A DNA stretch of 63,543 nucleotides from Octopus bimaculoides. Lineage: Eukaryota. A program made the position numbers and the translations under genes. The DNA is taken from positions 37,168,230 through 37,231,772 of the forward strand of contig NC_068984.1 of the NCBI RefSeq assembly GCF_001194135.2. Reading direction: 5' to 3'. Below are positions 25,439 to 38,616 of this stretch, piece by piece. The notes under the pieces were generated by a model, which searched no databases, was not told where the DNA came from, and saw nothing but the letters and a program-made list of their open reading frames with translations. Within the stretch, counting starts at the first letter, position 1. Every line of letters starts with the position of its first letter.

Positions 25439-27528
25439 TATAAATATCGATCTGCTTGGTTTATTCCATTACAAAATGTTTTCTTTTTCTTGTATTACTA
25501 GGAGATTATCGGCAAAATGCGGATATGAACGAGAATACACAATACTCCATTCCAACTTTTGGCGGTGTTTCTTTTTTTTTTGTTTTAGGGTTGTGTTAAA
25601 CGTACAGACGGAGAGATTTACATAAAATAGAAGCCTAACACATCTTCACACAAAAATATTTAAAGCGACGATGGGAAAAGTACAATATCTAAAAGTCGTG
25701 AAAACATCGACTTACATGACGAAAACTGTGGAAGCACTAAGAGCTCTAAGAACAACGGCAACTCATCTTTTGTTCTTTTGTTAATATTACAGCTCCAAGA
25801 GAATTAATGGAATGAACCGGCTCCAAACAAAAGTGGGAAGTCGTACGTGAGAAATAAAATGATTTTTTTGTATTTTTGATTTTTTTATCCTATAACCTTC
25901 AAATACGAAAACAAACTACCTCCGTTTTGCAAAAATCGGAAAAGAGAAAGAAAAAGAAAGTTTAAGAACACAAAAGGAATGATGGGTTGAGTCCTGGCCG
26001 ATGTTTGGCACAATGAGGGCTCCTTCCACTCGGAAAATTCAGAGAGAAATTAGAGCATCGTATTTAAACTGATTGTAAGATATGAAGTTCTAGAGAGGTT
26101 GTAAGCTAAACGACAGCCCACGGAATGGTACCACAAGAGAAAAATGCAATCTAGAGACAGTGATACTGAGATAAATCTGAAGGAATATGCTGTTGTGGGT
26201 GTCTGCATTTTTAGCCTTTCTAGTTTAATGTATACACTAACACCCAGGTTTCGATTAAGCCAGTAAAACAACAAAATTATGTTGGGATTATAACCCACCG
26301 AAGGAATAAACATAAAGTCTGTCTCATTGCAAGTTCAGAGAAGTTTCACTTAGAATGCAAGTTGCAATAAATGCCATTTAGGTGATTCTTCCTAGATGAG
26401 ATATAACGAAAAATGAGTAGTGAGCAATACAGGTGATGACAGGTGACATTAGCGGGCCCTTGCAGTGACGTTATGAGGGGTTAGAAGTGTGTCTCTTCTT
26501 GTTACTGAATACAGAAACCACATGCTGCAATTCTCTTAATGAATAGAGTGAAAATAGAGAGGAAAGGAATGACCTCATTCTTAATGCCACCGGTGCTAGA
26601 GCCAGAGGTAGTAGGACAGTGATACCCGGTTATTATTGTTCTTAGCACAAGGCCGTCTACAGGAGATAAGCAGTTGTACTATATGACATGAAAATACAGC
26701 GACAAGGGTTTCGGCTAAAACAGAAGATAATCGGTTTAAACGATGAGTGATCAGAATTGTGGAGCGCATGACACTACCTGGATTGAGGCATCGCCATCAT
26801 AAGTGGATAATTTACTGTTATTTGTTTTAATAAATTTTTAACTTGTTTCAATATACGATGTTATATTTTTGCACATGTGTTCAAAAATGAAATAATTATT
26901 ACTTCTATTATCACGATGGCTATTTTACAGCAACTCCTACAACAAATGCTACCAGTTTTACCATAACTATTTGAGCGTATTAATGATTTCTATATAATAG
27001 ATTTAAACTGATATTTTTCATTCCAAGAAGTAACATGGCAAGTGTTCTTCTTTTATTATTGTATCGGTGCTTTTAATGTCTTGTAATTTCAGTGACCTTC
27101 TTTACTTTGCTTTTTGTTTTGGTAGTTTCGTAGTCGAAGATGGAATTCGAAACAAAATAGAAGCAATGATTTAATAAATGCATCTCATCTATATTTTTCA
27201 GATACGATGTATCAATGACAGCATTATACATTGTGTCCTTCATTTTTGAAAGAGGATAGGGAGCTATATCTTGATTTGAAACTTGTGGAAATTGAAACAT
27301 TATGATATTTACGAAAATACCATATATACAATTTCTACGTTTCTTTCTTCTCTTAGTTTAACAGCATGTTAAATGAAAGAGGTCTGTCGCACCTCGGTGA
27401 TATAATCACTGTGCAATAGATATGTATATTTGCTATGGAATTGTGCAAATTACTTAGGCCATAAATATGTTCTACACTTAATTGCACATGTTCAAATGAC
27501 AGGTCTGCTGGAAACAAGGCAAGAAAAC

Positions 27529-27578
27529 TGTTTCACTGATGATGCCACTTCAGACAGAAACACGTGTCCACCGAAGCA
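27529..27578 (+). ncRNA. Minimal hammerhead-like motif
   Basis: CTGATGA (27536) - tgcc..gaca - GAAA - perfect palindrome ACACGTGT - C (GUC triplet, 27568). Distal stem I tgtttc/gaagca pairs but is offset by extra bases. Confidence 0.45.
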
Positions 27579-27788
27579 TATCTTATCTCCAGCCAGTTAC
27601 AATGTTTCTCCCTAACAGGTTTGAAGAATTCTTGCTTATTGAGATCACCTTCAAGCTCTTATTTGGAATTGATCCTAAATGCCATGAGGCGAATATGTTA
27701 CCTTTGGGAGCGCAGATAATTTTAATGAATCGTGAATTTATATTGTTTAGCATTTGTTATACAATTGTTTGATATGTTAATGTAAATA

Positions 27789-28312
27789 TTAAGTTGGCAA
27801 CTAAGTTCCCGCCGTTTTTTTTAATTTAATTTTTTTAAAAAGGTTTAATAAAAAATAACAACTAATTAATCAATAATGTATTCACCCTTGTTGTTTCTAA
27901 CTTTTTCCCAACGTTCAACAAGATTTTCAATACCTCGTTGGTAGAAATCACCCGATTTCGACTCGAAAAATGGATCCAACCAAGCTCTTAATTCTGCATC
28001 AGTATTGAACGAAACTCCGCGCATAACATTTGAAAGAGATCGAAAGAGGTGGAAATCCGTTGGTGCCAAATTAGAAGAGTACGGAGGGTGTGGTAGCACT
28101 TCCCAGCCATGCGTTTGAATGGCTTCCTTGGTCATATTGGCGATATGAGGGTGGGCGTTGTCGTGCAGCAGAAGAACTCCATGCTGTCGATTAGGTCTTT
28201 TCCCTTGAATAGACGTGTTGAGTCGTTCCATCTGTTGAACCGTTTGGTTCCGTTCAAGCAATTCGTAATGAATAATCCCTTCTCAGTCCCACCACACGCA
28301 CAACATCGATTT
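27789..28312 (-). mobile_element. Mariner (DD34D) 3' half with TIR; the rest is hidden in an N gap
   Basis: KSMLCVWWD*EGIIHYELL, LLHDNA-x34-D (YSSNLAPTD), FYQRGIENLVERWEKV..GEYIID; TA|ttaagttggcaactaagttcccgccg terminus. An in-frame TGA marks it as dead. Confidence 0.92.
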
Positions 28313-29114
28313 NNNNNNNNNNNNNNNNNNNNNNNNNNNNNNNNNNNNNNNNNNNNNNNNNNNNNNNNNNNNNNNNNNNNNNNNNNNNNNNNNNNNNNNN
28401 NNNNNNNNNNNNNNNNNNNNNNNNNNNNNNNNNNNNNNNNNNNNNNNNNNNNNNNNNNNNNNNNNNNNNNNNNNNNNNNNNNNNNNNNNNNNNNNNNNNN
28501 NNNNNNNNNNNNNNNNNNNNNNNNNNNNNNNNNNNNNNNNNNNNNNNNNNNNNNNNNNNNNNNNNNNNNNNNNNNNNNNNNNNNNNNNNNNNNNNNNNNN
28601 NNNNNNNNNNNNNNNNNNNNNNNNNNNNNNNNNNNNNNNNNNNNNNNNNNNNNNNNNNNNNNNNNNNNNNNNNNNNNNNNNNNNNNNNNNNNNNNNNNNN
28701 NNNNNNNNNNNNNNNNNNNNNNNNNNNNNNNNNNNNNNNNNNNNNNNNNNNNNNNNNNNNNNNNNNNNNNNNNNNNNNNNNNNNNNNNNNNNNNNNNNNN
28801 NNNNNNNNNNNNNNNNNNNNNNNNNNNNNNNNNNNNNNNNNNNNNNNNNNNNNNNNNNNNNNNNNNNNNNNNNNNNNNNNNNNNNNNNNNNNNNNNNNNN
28901 NNNNNNNNNNNNNNNNNNNNNNNNNNNNNNNNNNNNNNNNNNNNNNNNNNNNNNNNNNNNNNNNNNNNNNNNNNNNNNNNNNNNNNNNNNNNNNNNNNNN
29001 NNNNNNNNNNNNNNNNNNNNNNNNNNNNNNNNNNNNNNNNNNNNNNNNNNNNNNNNNNNNNNNNNNNNNNNNNNNNNNNNNNNNNNNNNNNNNNNNNNNN
29101 NNNNNNNNNNNNNN

Positions 29115-29221
29115 CATGTGTGTTTGTGTGTAGATGTGTTTGTGTGTAGATGTGTTTGTGTGTATGTGTGTGTGTGTTTGTGTGTGTGTGTTTGTGTGTG
29201 TGTGTTTGTGTGTGTTTGTGT

Positions 29222-29261
<40 letters not shown>

Positions 29262-29281
29262 GTGTGTGTGTGCGCGCGTGT
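29115..29281. repeat. (GT)n microsatellite
   Basis: Seen directly. Confidence 0.9.
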
Positions 29282-31881
29282 AGCTTAGCTTATTCCAGAC
29301 AGCTAGAATTAATTCTGCATAACAGTCATTGAAAAGTATGATTTCACGCTAAATAATAAACCTGTTTTGTCTTAGGTATTATTTATATTTATATATTAAA
29401 ACACTTTCCATGTTCCTAAAATTGTAATTAAAATTTAAAAAAAAAACAATTTCCTAGAGATTTTCCATAGTTTAAATGTATAAAGCCTTGTGTTAAACTG
29501 GTAAGGACAATATACATGTAAACCTGCAAGAGATTCCAATATTTCATAATATGCATAAAATGGCATTACCATGAGGGATTTATAACATTATAAAAAATTA
29601 GCAAGTCAAGAAACGTAAGTGATGATTTCCAAACAGTGTTCCATTCTGACACTTATCTGACATTTTTCTTACTATTTCTTATCATCTCTTAAATTTTTTA
29701 AACTTTTATTTGATGACTCAACAAGAATCTGAACTCAAAGATCTTGGCATTCAGCTGTATAAAGCCTAACATTCTATAGCGTTCTAAAACCACGTAAACA
29801 TTCTTGTTTCTCGGATAAAAACAAGTGGTGAGTAGCAAGAAAAATGTGCAACCACCATACTTCAGAATAGTTATTTAAATAATTCAAAGCTCCTTGGCAA
29901 TAACAAATAACGATGAGATCTAAACGTTAAGCACTGGACTTTCTGGTGTTTATCTCCAAACTGCTAAGCATTAAGAGATTCTCTATTCTATATTTTATAG
30001 CCATTGCTAAGACGTTGATAACACAAACTTAAATTTAGAATTCTAAATTTTGATTGGTAATCTCAATTTCTTCGTATTCCTGTATGTTATTCACAGATAG
30101 TTCGATTGTGGAGAAAGATTTATCTTTGGAACCGAAATATCTACGAAATTAATCATACGGTTGAATTAATAGCAACTAGAAGGGAAGAAAAATACAGACG
30201 GTTGTTGATTACAATCTTAACGGCAAATAGCAACGTCAACGACTGACAATATAGCAGATATATTAACGGCATTCTAAATCGAAAAGGCATTTCTTGCCTG
30301 CATAAAAGTCATAATGATGTGGTCTCCTACAACCGCGATCTTTTATCTGAAGTGCAAAATTTAGCAGAGATAAGTTGTCCAGACAACCAGGTCGAATAAA
30401 GCAATTTCTATAAACACTTAAAGCATTCTGTTGACACTTACTGGTGATCAATACATGCAGATTATCATAAGTAAATCACAAGATTCTCAGCTTACAGTTA
30501 AATCATACAATATTCGTCTTCAAGTTCTAACGTCAACGTTTTTGGTCGATTAACTGAACCCTGGGAGATATGTGTCTAATTAGGAAAGATGTGGATTGTT
30601 TCTATAAAAACTTTTTGTGATTACAGCTTACAAGGTAAGTATGAGGAACATAAAAGCTAAAATGTTTCATAGGAATTGATTCAAAGTTTACGAAGAAATA
30701 TCATCAAAATAGAAACATTGGATATGGACAAACAGACACACAGAGACAGAGACGCTCAACACAATTTATAGATAAGATATCAGTAGTATTATGCATCTTC
30801 AATTCATGAAGATAAACTAAATCTTTTCTGTCAAATATAGAATATCTCTTCACATTTATCAGCAAATTGTTTTTATTCCAACTCTTGACGGGATAGATAA
30901 CTTTTAAATTATTCCATTTTCGTTATGATCCCTTAATCCCTGTAAGTTTCAAAGTTACTCAGCGATTAAATTGATTGTATTAAAAGTGATTTCTATCCCC
31001 AATCTACGCGTCAGCTACGGATAGTTTGAACAGATATTTTTTATTATTTGAATTAAAATATGTCATATAACGGACGTAAATGAAGTACGATATATCATAT
31101 TTTAGTTAGATAGCCAGAGATATTAACATATGGATGATAAAACTTTCAAATCATCCTCTGAATTTCACTATTAAAATCATCATTGTTTCATTGGAAACAA
31201 AGGAAAGGTGTTTTTAAAATGAGCTCAATAGGTTTTTTTCCTTTTTGCAAGAAGACGTGGCTCTATAATTCATTCCCCAGCCAAAACGAATATTATACAG
31301 TTGACAGTACTGTTCCTCTATTTGATGTATCAATATATAGACAATAGTCTTCTCTTTCGAACTTCATCTGTTATTAAGCAAATATCTGCAGTTATATACT
31401 TCTTTAGAAGATAAATTCCTTCTTATTTGTTTCTGTCGTTAACAACGTTTTTTCTGCCATTTTGAATCTCTCATTACATCTATATACCTCTTCAATATCA
31501 CAACTACACAACTTTTCATAAGATATTACTATTTCTTATAAAACCAAGAGGTTTTTACATTATATTTAGTTATTGAGATTTTCTTTTCACTAGGTATTTT
31601 GAGAAACTTCTTTTTCGATTTTTAGTGTCTTTCAGATTTTCACCTTTATTCATAGTATGAAGCCATAGTAGCCACACATGTCTGAATCTATAATGATACA
31701 AAACTCTCTTTATTTTCGAAAATGCCGGGAAATTTTTCTAAAGGTCTTTTGTCTCGTGATATAACAATAAAATATATTCTAAATTAACAGCTACAGAATA
31801 ACACGATGTAGTGACTTTGTATTCCATTTAAAATGAATATAAACATATATGTATACCATGCGATTGTATGTATAAATATAT

Positions 31882-32321
31882 AGGCGCAGGAGTGGGTGTG
31901 TGGTAAGTAGCTTACTTACCAACCACATTGTTCCGGGTTCCGTCCCACTGAGCGGCGCCTTGGGCAAGTGTCTTCTACTATAGCCTCGAGCTGACCAAAG
32001 CCTTGTGAGTGGATTTGTTAGACGGAAACTGAAAGAAACCCGTCGTATATATATATGTGTTTGTGTGTGGGTGTGGGTGTGGGTGTGGGTGCGCGCGCGC
32101 GTGGGGTGGGGGGGTAGTCTGTGTTTGTCCCACAACATCGCTTGACATGCGTGCTGGTGTGTTTACGTCCCCATGAATTAGCGGTTCGGCAAAAAGAGAC
32201 TGAGAGAATAAGTACTAGGCTTACAAAAAATAAGTCCTGGGTCGATTTGCTCAACTAAAAAAAGGTGGTGCTCAAGCATGGCCGCAGTCAACTGACTGAA
32301 ACAAGTAAAAGAATAAAAGAA
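31882..32321 (+). mobile_element. Full-length tRNA-derived SINE with an internal microsatellite
   Basis: tRNA-like head, CORE-like ccttgggcaagtgtcttctactatagcc and aagtaaaagaataaaagaa tail; the 3' part recurs at 32370-32542 and 45865-46065. Confidence 0.85.
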
Positions 32322-32369
32322 ACCTCATTTGCGTAACAGGATGCTCAGGGCTGCCATCTAAACTATATT

Positions 32370-32542
32370 GTCGTTACAGGAAATTTGATCGTTAGTGGGG
32401 CAGCAAAAAAGACTGATAGATTAAGTGCTAGGCTTTGAAAGATAATTCTTGGCATCGATTTGTTTGACTAAAACAATCCATCAACGTGGTACTCCAGCAT
32501 GGCCTCAGTCAAATGATAAACTGGTAAAAGAATAAAAGAACA
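32370..32542 (+). mobile_element. SINE 3' fragment (31882 family)
   Basis: Shares gataga.taagt.ctaggct...gtggt.ctccagcatggcc.cagtcaa..taaaagaataaaagaa. Confidence 0.6.
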
Positions 32543-32552
32543 TATATACATG

Positions 32553-32662
<110 letters not shown>

Positions 32663-32970
32663 TGCGTGTGTACATATGGTAATGCAGGGAAGATCAAATG
32701 GATTTGAGTATCTGGGTAAATTAGAAGCACGACTAAGTATCTGTGGTTAAGCAGATTGCTCCGAAACAATATATACCCAATAATTCGACTGTTCAGTACA
32801 GCGGTCCATACACATTTACAATGTTGCCAACTGTGCTCCAATACTCTACAAATCCGTGTATGTATCTGAGGAGTATTGCGCGATGTATTATTTAATAAAA
32901 CAAAAATCGATGGCTTTTCCAGAAATCACTACGCATGTATCAATAATATGGTTTAATCCCAAAATACTAA

Positions 32971-33135
32971 GCCTGGGGCTACTTGCTGGAGCCTAGCAGC
33001 GGGAAGTTTAGACAGTGTCATGTGACAACTGGCTGGCGCTGCCTACTGGACTCTAGCAGCGGGAAATTTACACAGTGTCACGTGACAACTTGCTGGGGCA
33101 GCTTGCTGGAGCCTAGCAGCAGGTATAAAAAGGGG
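32971..33135 (+). promoter_or_regulatory. 2.5 x 60-bp tandem repeat with E-box palindromes, then a TATA box
   Basis: Period exactly 60; TGTCATGTGACA and TGTCACGTGACA; TATAAAAAGGGG at 33124. Confidence 0.55.
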
Positions 33136-33204
33136 AATTTGACATGACAATCAGTCGGACGCTGACGCTCGTTGATGCTGCATCGAAGAGGCCAGGGAAT
33201 AGAA

Positions 33205-33801
33205 GAAAGAAGACATGCACCCNNNNNNNNNNNNNNNNNNNNNNNNNNNNNNNNNNNNNNNNNNNNNNNNNNNNNNNNNNNNNNNNNNNNNNNNNNNNNN
33301 NNNNNNNNNNNNNNNNNNNNNNNNNNNNNNNNNNNNNNNNNNNNNNNNNNNNNNNNNNNNNNNNNNNNNNNNNNNNNNNNNNNNNNNNNNNNNNNNNNNN
33401 NNNNNNNNNNNNNNNNNNNNNNNNNNNNNNNNNNNNNNNNNNNNNNNNNNNNNNNNNNNNNNNNNNNNNNNNNNNNNNNNNNNNNNNTCCTCCTGATGAT
33501 GTCTTGAGCTAACTGGATCCTAATCCACCAAGGGAAGGTATGTCAGAGGAAAGTAATTCAACAACGCGGGTTGATGAACCGTAAGACGTGTGACCAGAAC
33601 CTCCTGGAAAATAACCATAGCGAGGGACATTCCACAGTTGAATTAGAACAGTCACAAACAGTGAAAGAAGACATGCACCCAACACCAGAGCTGAAGACAC
33701 CTCCGAAAGGGGGTGGCCCCGCCACGTCAAAACGGTAGAGGAGTAGGGGCCGAAACCGGATGTGGTTCCTCCTGATGATGTCTTGAGCTAACTGGATCCT
33801 A
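33205..33801 (+). repeat. 279-bp tandem unit spanning an N gap
   Basis: tcctcctgatgatgtcttgagctaactggatccta at 33488 and 33767; gaaagaagacatgcaccc at 33205 and 33663. Confidence 0.7.
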
Positions 33802-34821
33802 TAAAGGAGCTGTTGTGGTAGCAGGCCACGAATCATGGTTGAAATTCATCAGATTCCACATATTAGATGATATTACATAAATTTGTATTTTACACAACCT
33901 TCTCCCAATCCGCCATTCTGGCGGAATACTATTTTGCCGAATATTTTTGCGAAATGCCATGCGTGTGTGTTTGTCTGTCTGTCTGTCTTTCTGTGTGTCT
34001 GTGTGTGTGTCTCTCTGTCTTTCTGTGTGTCTGCGTGTGCGTGTGTGTGAAGTTCACACTTTTAAATGTAGGATTTTAATGTACTAACTTTGAGTTCCCC
34101 CTATAGACTACCGACTATTTCCCAACGTCATAACAGAAGTGCCATCGGTCAAAATAAAATAATTTGCTCCATCATATTTATACAGGGCATATCTGAAAAC
34201 AAAATGAAATAAGATATAGCATAAATTATATCTCTGGAGCGAACGTTTTTGAATAATAAACGAATATTATAACCTAGATTGTGTAAATCACTATCTGATA
34301 AATGCCCATGTCGCAATATTATTTTATATCCATCAATAAAAAGCAAGAAAGGAAAAAGGAATTAGATTCAAGAAGGACACCGTATTAATTTAAATGGTAG
34401 CGATACAAGTTAAAATGGAATCTAATTTGCGTACGCTACCAGCAATTTTCAGGGGAACAGATAGTAGATTATATCGGATCAAGACTTGACTGATGCTTCG
34501 CTTTAATGAACCTGGGGGGATGAGAGGTAAAGGCGATCTTTGTGGGAACTGAACTGAACTCACAAAGTAACCAGTCGGAAGGAATGCTGAAAGGGATTTT
34601 CCAGCACCTTGTTATCATGACAGAATTTCTGGTTTTGGCTTCAGATCAGGAAATTTCGACCTCAACATTACACTCGTAATTTATTTTCCCATTAGACTGT
34701 AGTTTCGCCTTCAAGAATTTCAGTCGAACCACTAATTTACGGGAACGTAAACACAACGACACTGACAGTCAAGCGGTGCTGGTGGGACATTTATAGATTC
34801 AAGGACGCACATAGATGGATA

Positions 34822-34912
<91 letters not shown>

Positions 34913-34974
34913 TATGTGTATGTGCGTGCGCGCTTGTGTGTGTGTGTATGTACCTGTGTCTGTGTTTGTGAGGT

Positions 34975-35245
34975 GTGAAGAGTGTGGCCTAGTGTTTAAG
35001 CTGCTGCACTCATGTTCTCTGGATTTATGGGTGCGATTCCCAAAGCAGCTGACTCGTTATGTTCATTAGCAAAACACTTCATTTCACGTTGCTGCGAGTC
35101 CCCTTTCGATGAGGAGGGAATGCTGGCTTGATCACAAAAACACTGGAGTGGCGTCATGCGAAGGCTATATCGATGCAAAGCGCACTATGGCCAGTGATTT
35201 GCAACAGCATCTGACAGTCTGATCAGTCACGTGATCACGTGAAAT
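34975..35245 (+). mobile_element. tRNA-derived SINE (agcaaaacacttcatttcacgttgct family)
   Basis: A-box-like tggcctagtgt, B-box-like gggtgcgattccc; central domain shared with 38617-38910 and 58120-58365. Confidence 0.6.
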
Positions 35246-35271
35246 AGACAGACAGGCAGAGAGACTGACAG

Positions 35272-35377
<106 letters not shown>

Positions 35378-36149
35378 GACGGGTTTCAATCGGTTTCTGT
35401 CTACCAAAACACAAAGCACTAAATTTCGTTACCTTCCAGGGAACATTCAAATATATTTTTAAAAAATGAAATATAAGATTCGTAATGCTAATACCTACAA
35501 GTGAATATTTAGTAAATTGTTATTTTTTCAAATTTTGTAATTAGAAAGCATTACAAAATCTGTTTTATATTACGTAGTTAGTTACAATTTTTGGGGTCAT
35601 TTTGAAAATGCTTTAAGATATTTCAGTTAACTTCTTGATAAATGAAACAGATCTCAAGTTCGTTCAGTTTACTATCTGTTAAGAATATATAAGTTAAAAT
35701 TAATTTGAAAATTCATAGCAACAGTTTAATACTTAATAGCATTAGATTAATAAATCTTAAATACATAATAGCATTAAGATCATAAATCTAGATTCTGTTA
35801 GATAGAAAGCCATTTTTTAAAAATTCCATCAACATATCTAACTCATTTGAAGTAACTAGCGCACTGAGCTGATGAAATTTTTTTGTCTCAACTCTTTGCT
35901 ACTGTGGTAACTCTGGTAACAGTCAACCAGCTCCAAAACTGAAATCCATATAAATATATATATATATATGCATATATATATATATATATATATANNNNNN
36001 NNNNNNNNNNNNNNNNNNNNNNNNNNNNNNNNNNNNNNNNNNNNNNNNNNNNNNNNNNNNNNNNNNNNNNNNNNNNNNNNNNNNNNNNNNNNNNNNNNNN
36101 NNNNNNNNNNNNNNNNNNNNNNNNNNNNNNNNNNNNNNNNNNNATATGC

Positions 36150-36185
<36 letters not shown>

Positions 36186-36600
36186 GTAGATAGATAGATA
36201 GATATACATGTATTACGGAACAGTCATCTACTGTAGTTTTAACTTCAATGTTTGGTGCATATTTCAACATTGCCGTCAAATCACTTTGCTCCAACATTCC
36301 TGTTAAGTATAATTCTATTTATTTTTACCTTATTTTCTTTAATTCAATTTATTTTATTTTATTTAATTCATGTTGTTTAATCACTGAGAAAATACATTGA
36401 GAATAAATTCAAATATGAATGAGAAGCAGTGTGAGAGTTGTAGATATCATCGAACACATATACTCAATGCATGTGTCTTGCTTCTTTACTAATAGGTTGT
36501 GATTTCGCAGATTTGGGTGTAAAAACCACCTGAAAGTCATAAATAAGTGAAACAACTCACCACTGAATGGGATTTTAATTCGCATTTGAATTTTATTTAT

Positions 36601-36958
36601 TGCTTCTAATTCATATTTATTCCTACGTATCCATCGATAGGGCAGACCCGCAGATGGTCTTTACATTAATTTGCATATAGTCATGGACTGGCGGTTTAAT
36701 TCGCATCCGATTCAGTTAAGGTGGGTGATGTTGACAAGCTACAAAAATGGCGAAGCATCGATGTCCATCCTTCCTGAATGGGATTTGGGATGAGTTGTCT
36801 CACTTGTCTATGACTTTCAGGTACTTTAACACCCGGTGCTTTGAAATGGTCATCTCCACCGAGTCAAACCGCAACGTTCAAGCGAACAAGTATAGCGTAT
36901 ACTTTGAGTACGCGTGTTCGATAACGTTGCAACACTAGCGCTGCTTCTAATTCATATT
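36601..36958. other. 324-bp segment between perfect 17-bp direct repeats (TSD-like)
   Basis: tgcttctaattcatatt at 36601-36617 and 36942-36958. Confidence 0.5.
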
Positions 36959-38616
36959 CAAATTATTCTTAAGAATTCAAACTAATTACATGAAATCAGG
37001 TTGATTAAGCCCATCTCTTCAAAGCTATATTTGGAGGAGAGCTTGACCACACCACTGCAAGATAAAGAAGACCTTCATGAGAACCTGATTGGCATTAATA
37101 CAGACAATAGTAGGTTGTTTCTGTTCGTCATTACCTACATGCAACGATTTACAATGAGCCGTCTGATCACTTTGCGTTTAGACTATAGACATAAGACAGA
37201 GTTGTTATCAACACTCTTGGAGATTACGTAATTGATCATTCTTTCTACTAGAGTGTTACTCATCATATGACGGATAACTTCGGATGCATATTTTTCCCCT
37301 CTCTGACTCTGTGTGTGTGTGTTTGTTTCTTTGTTTGTGTACTTGTGTGTGTGTGCTGCACTTCTGTCACCAAGTCTTTGCCTGTCACCAAGTCTAGTAT
37401 GTAATCTCATCCTGTAACTCTTTTTTTAAAATCACCCAAGCAACCAACCGACCAACCAACACTTTTATCGGCTACTCTTAAATAAAGATATTCTTCATTG
37501 AGATAATATAACGAAATCATATGAAGATTTTATTGCGCGCATATGGAAAATACCATACAGCGCATTGGAAAACAAACGTGTGATTTATATTTTATAATGA
37601 GCAATATTACATAACGACAAATAATCTTCAAAGTGCAATTTTTAATTATATTTGAAGTACAGGAAAATGAACAAACAGAAAGAACGTATAGATATTCTGG
37701 CTGTTTGAGTTTTTGCAAGTTTAAGTATACATGTTTCACTAGAGTGAGTAAATGGCAGAGGAAGGAAGAGTCGGATAGAAGGTTAGAATGCGAGAAGCAC
37801 TATGTGATCATATTTGTTTGTAAGTGCTTGTGTATATATGTGTAAATAAATGTAAGTATAAGTAAAATAGAGATAAATGTATGTGTGTATAAGAGTATGC
37901 CTGTTCTTTCTAATGTATTTAAGCATAATTATGTTTATACATTATCAATATTTATTCAAAAGCAGCTTTTATCATTGTACTAAATGGTATTCGTTTGATG
38001 GCGTGTCGATTGGTTGGATAAATAGGTAAATGCCTACTGAGCAAGAGAGAAAAAAAGATAAGAAAACAAAGAAAGATCTGGACGGAAATAGAATGAGTGA
38101 TATGGTAATATATATGAGAGAAATTAAAGTGTAATAAAACCTATTAAAGTCTTAATTTCACTTTGTAATGATACACTTTCACACCATCCTGCACCAGCCT
38201 GTCTTCTCGTCTAGGAACAGAAAGAGTAGCAATAAAAGCTAACTTTGTGTTGAATAACATATCAGTGTCTCCGATAAATCCCGTTACAGACAGACTCGAC
38301 TGAAAATTTCACTTTTGAGTAGGAGTAGATAAATTCACGAATCAAACGTTGCAGCTGTTTTTCCTGGACAAAGAATAGTATTTCGAAAAGGATATATAAT
38401 TGCTTTTAAATCTACCCTGGTTTTAGTGAATGGAGAACGGCCATGTTGGGGCAACGATTTCAAGAGCTTTAGTTGATGAAATAGGTCACATTATATATTT
38501 CACTGTAGTAATTATTCATCCATTTTTATTTATGAAAGTTTTGACACAATGCCGATATTTTCACTGTTATTTACGGTTAATATAAGCAGGGACACAGACA
38601 CACCCGCATACATAAC

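Larger units (their letters stand above)
32742..33860 (+). mobile_element. Possible solo LTR
   Basis: TGTGG...CCACA ends with flanks tatc/tatt (4-bp TSD, one mismatch), internal tandem repeats and a TATA box. No PBS, PPT or polyA signal confirmed; boundaries tentative. Confidence 0.4.

Noticed and set aside
30627-30640. 8-nt segment ttacag|CTTACAAG|gtaagt as a microexon
   Set aside because: No partner exons; such motifs occur by chance in 63 kb.
33488-33860. Intact hammerhead in the 279-bp unit
   Set aside because: CTGATGA, CTGAAGA and GAAAC are present, but no arrangement gives all three stems with a correct core.
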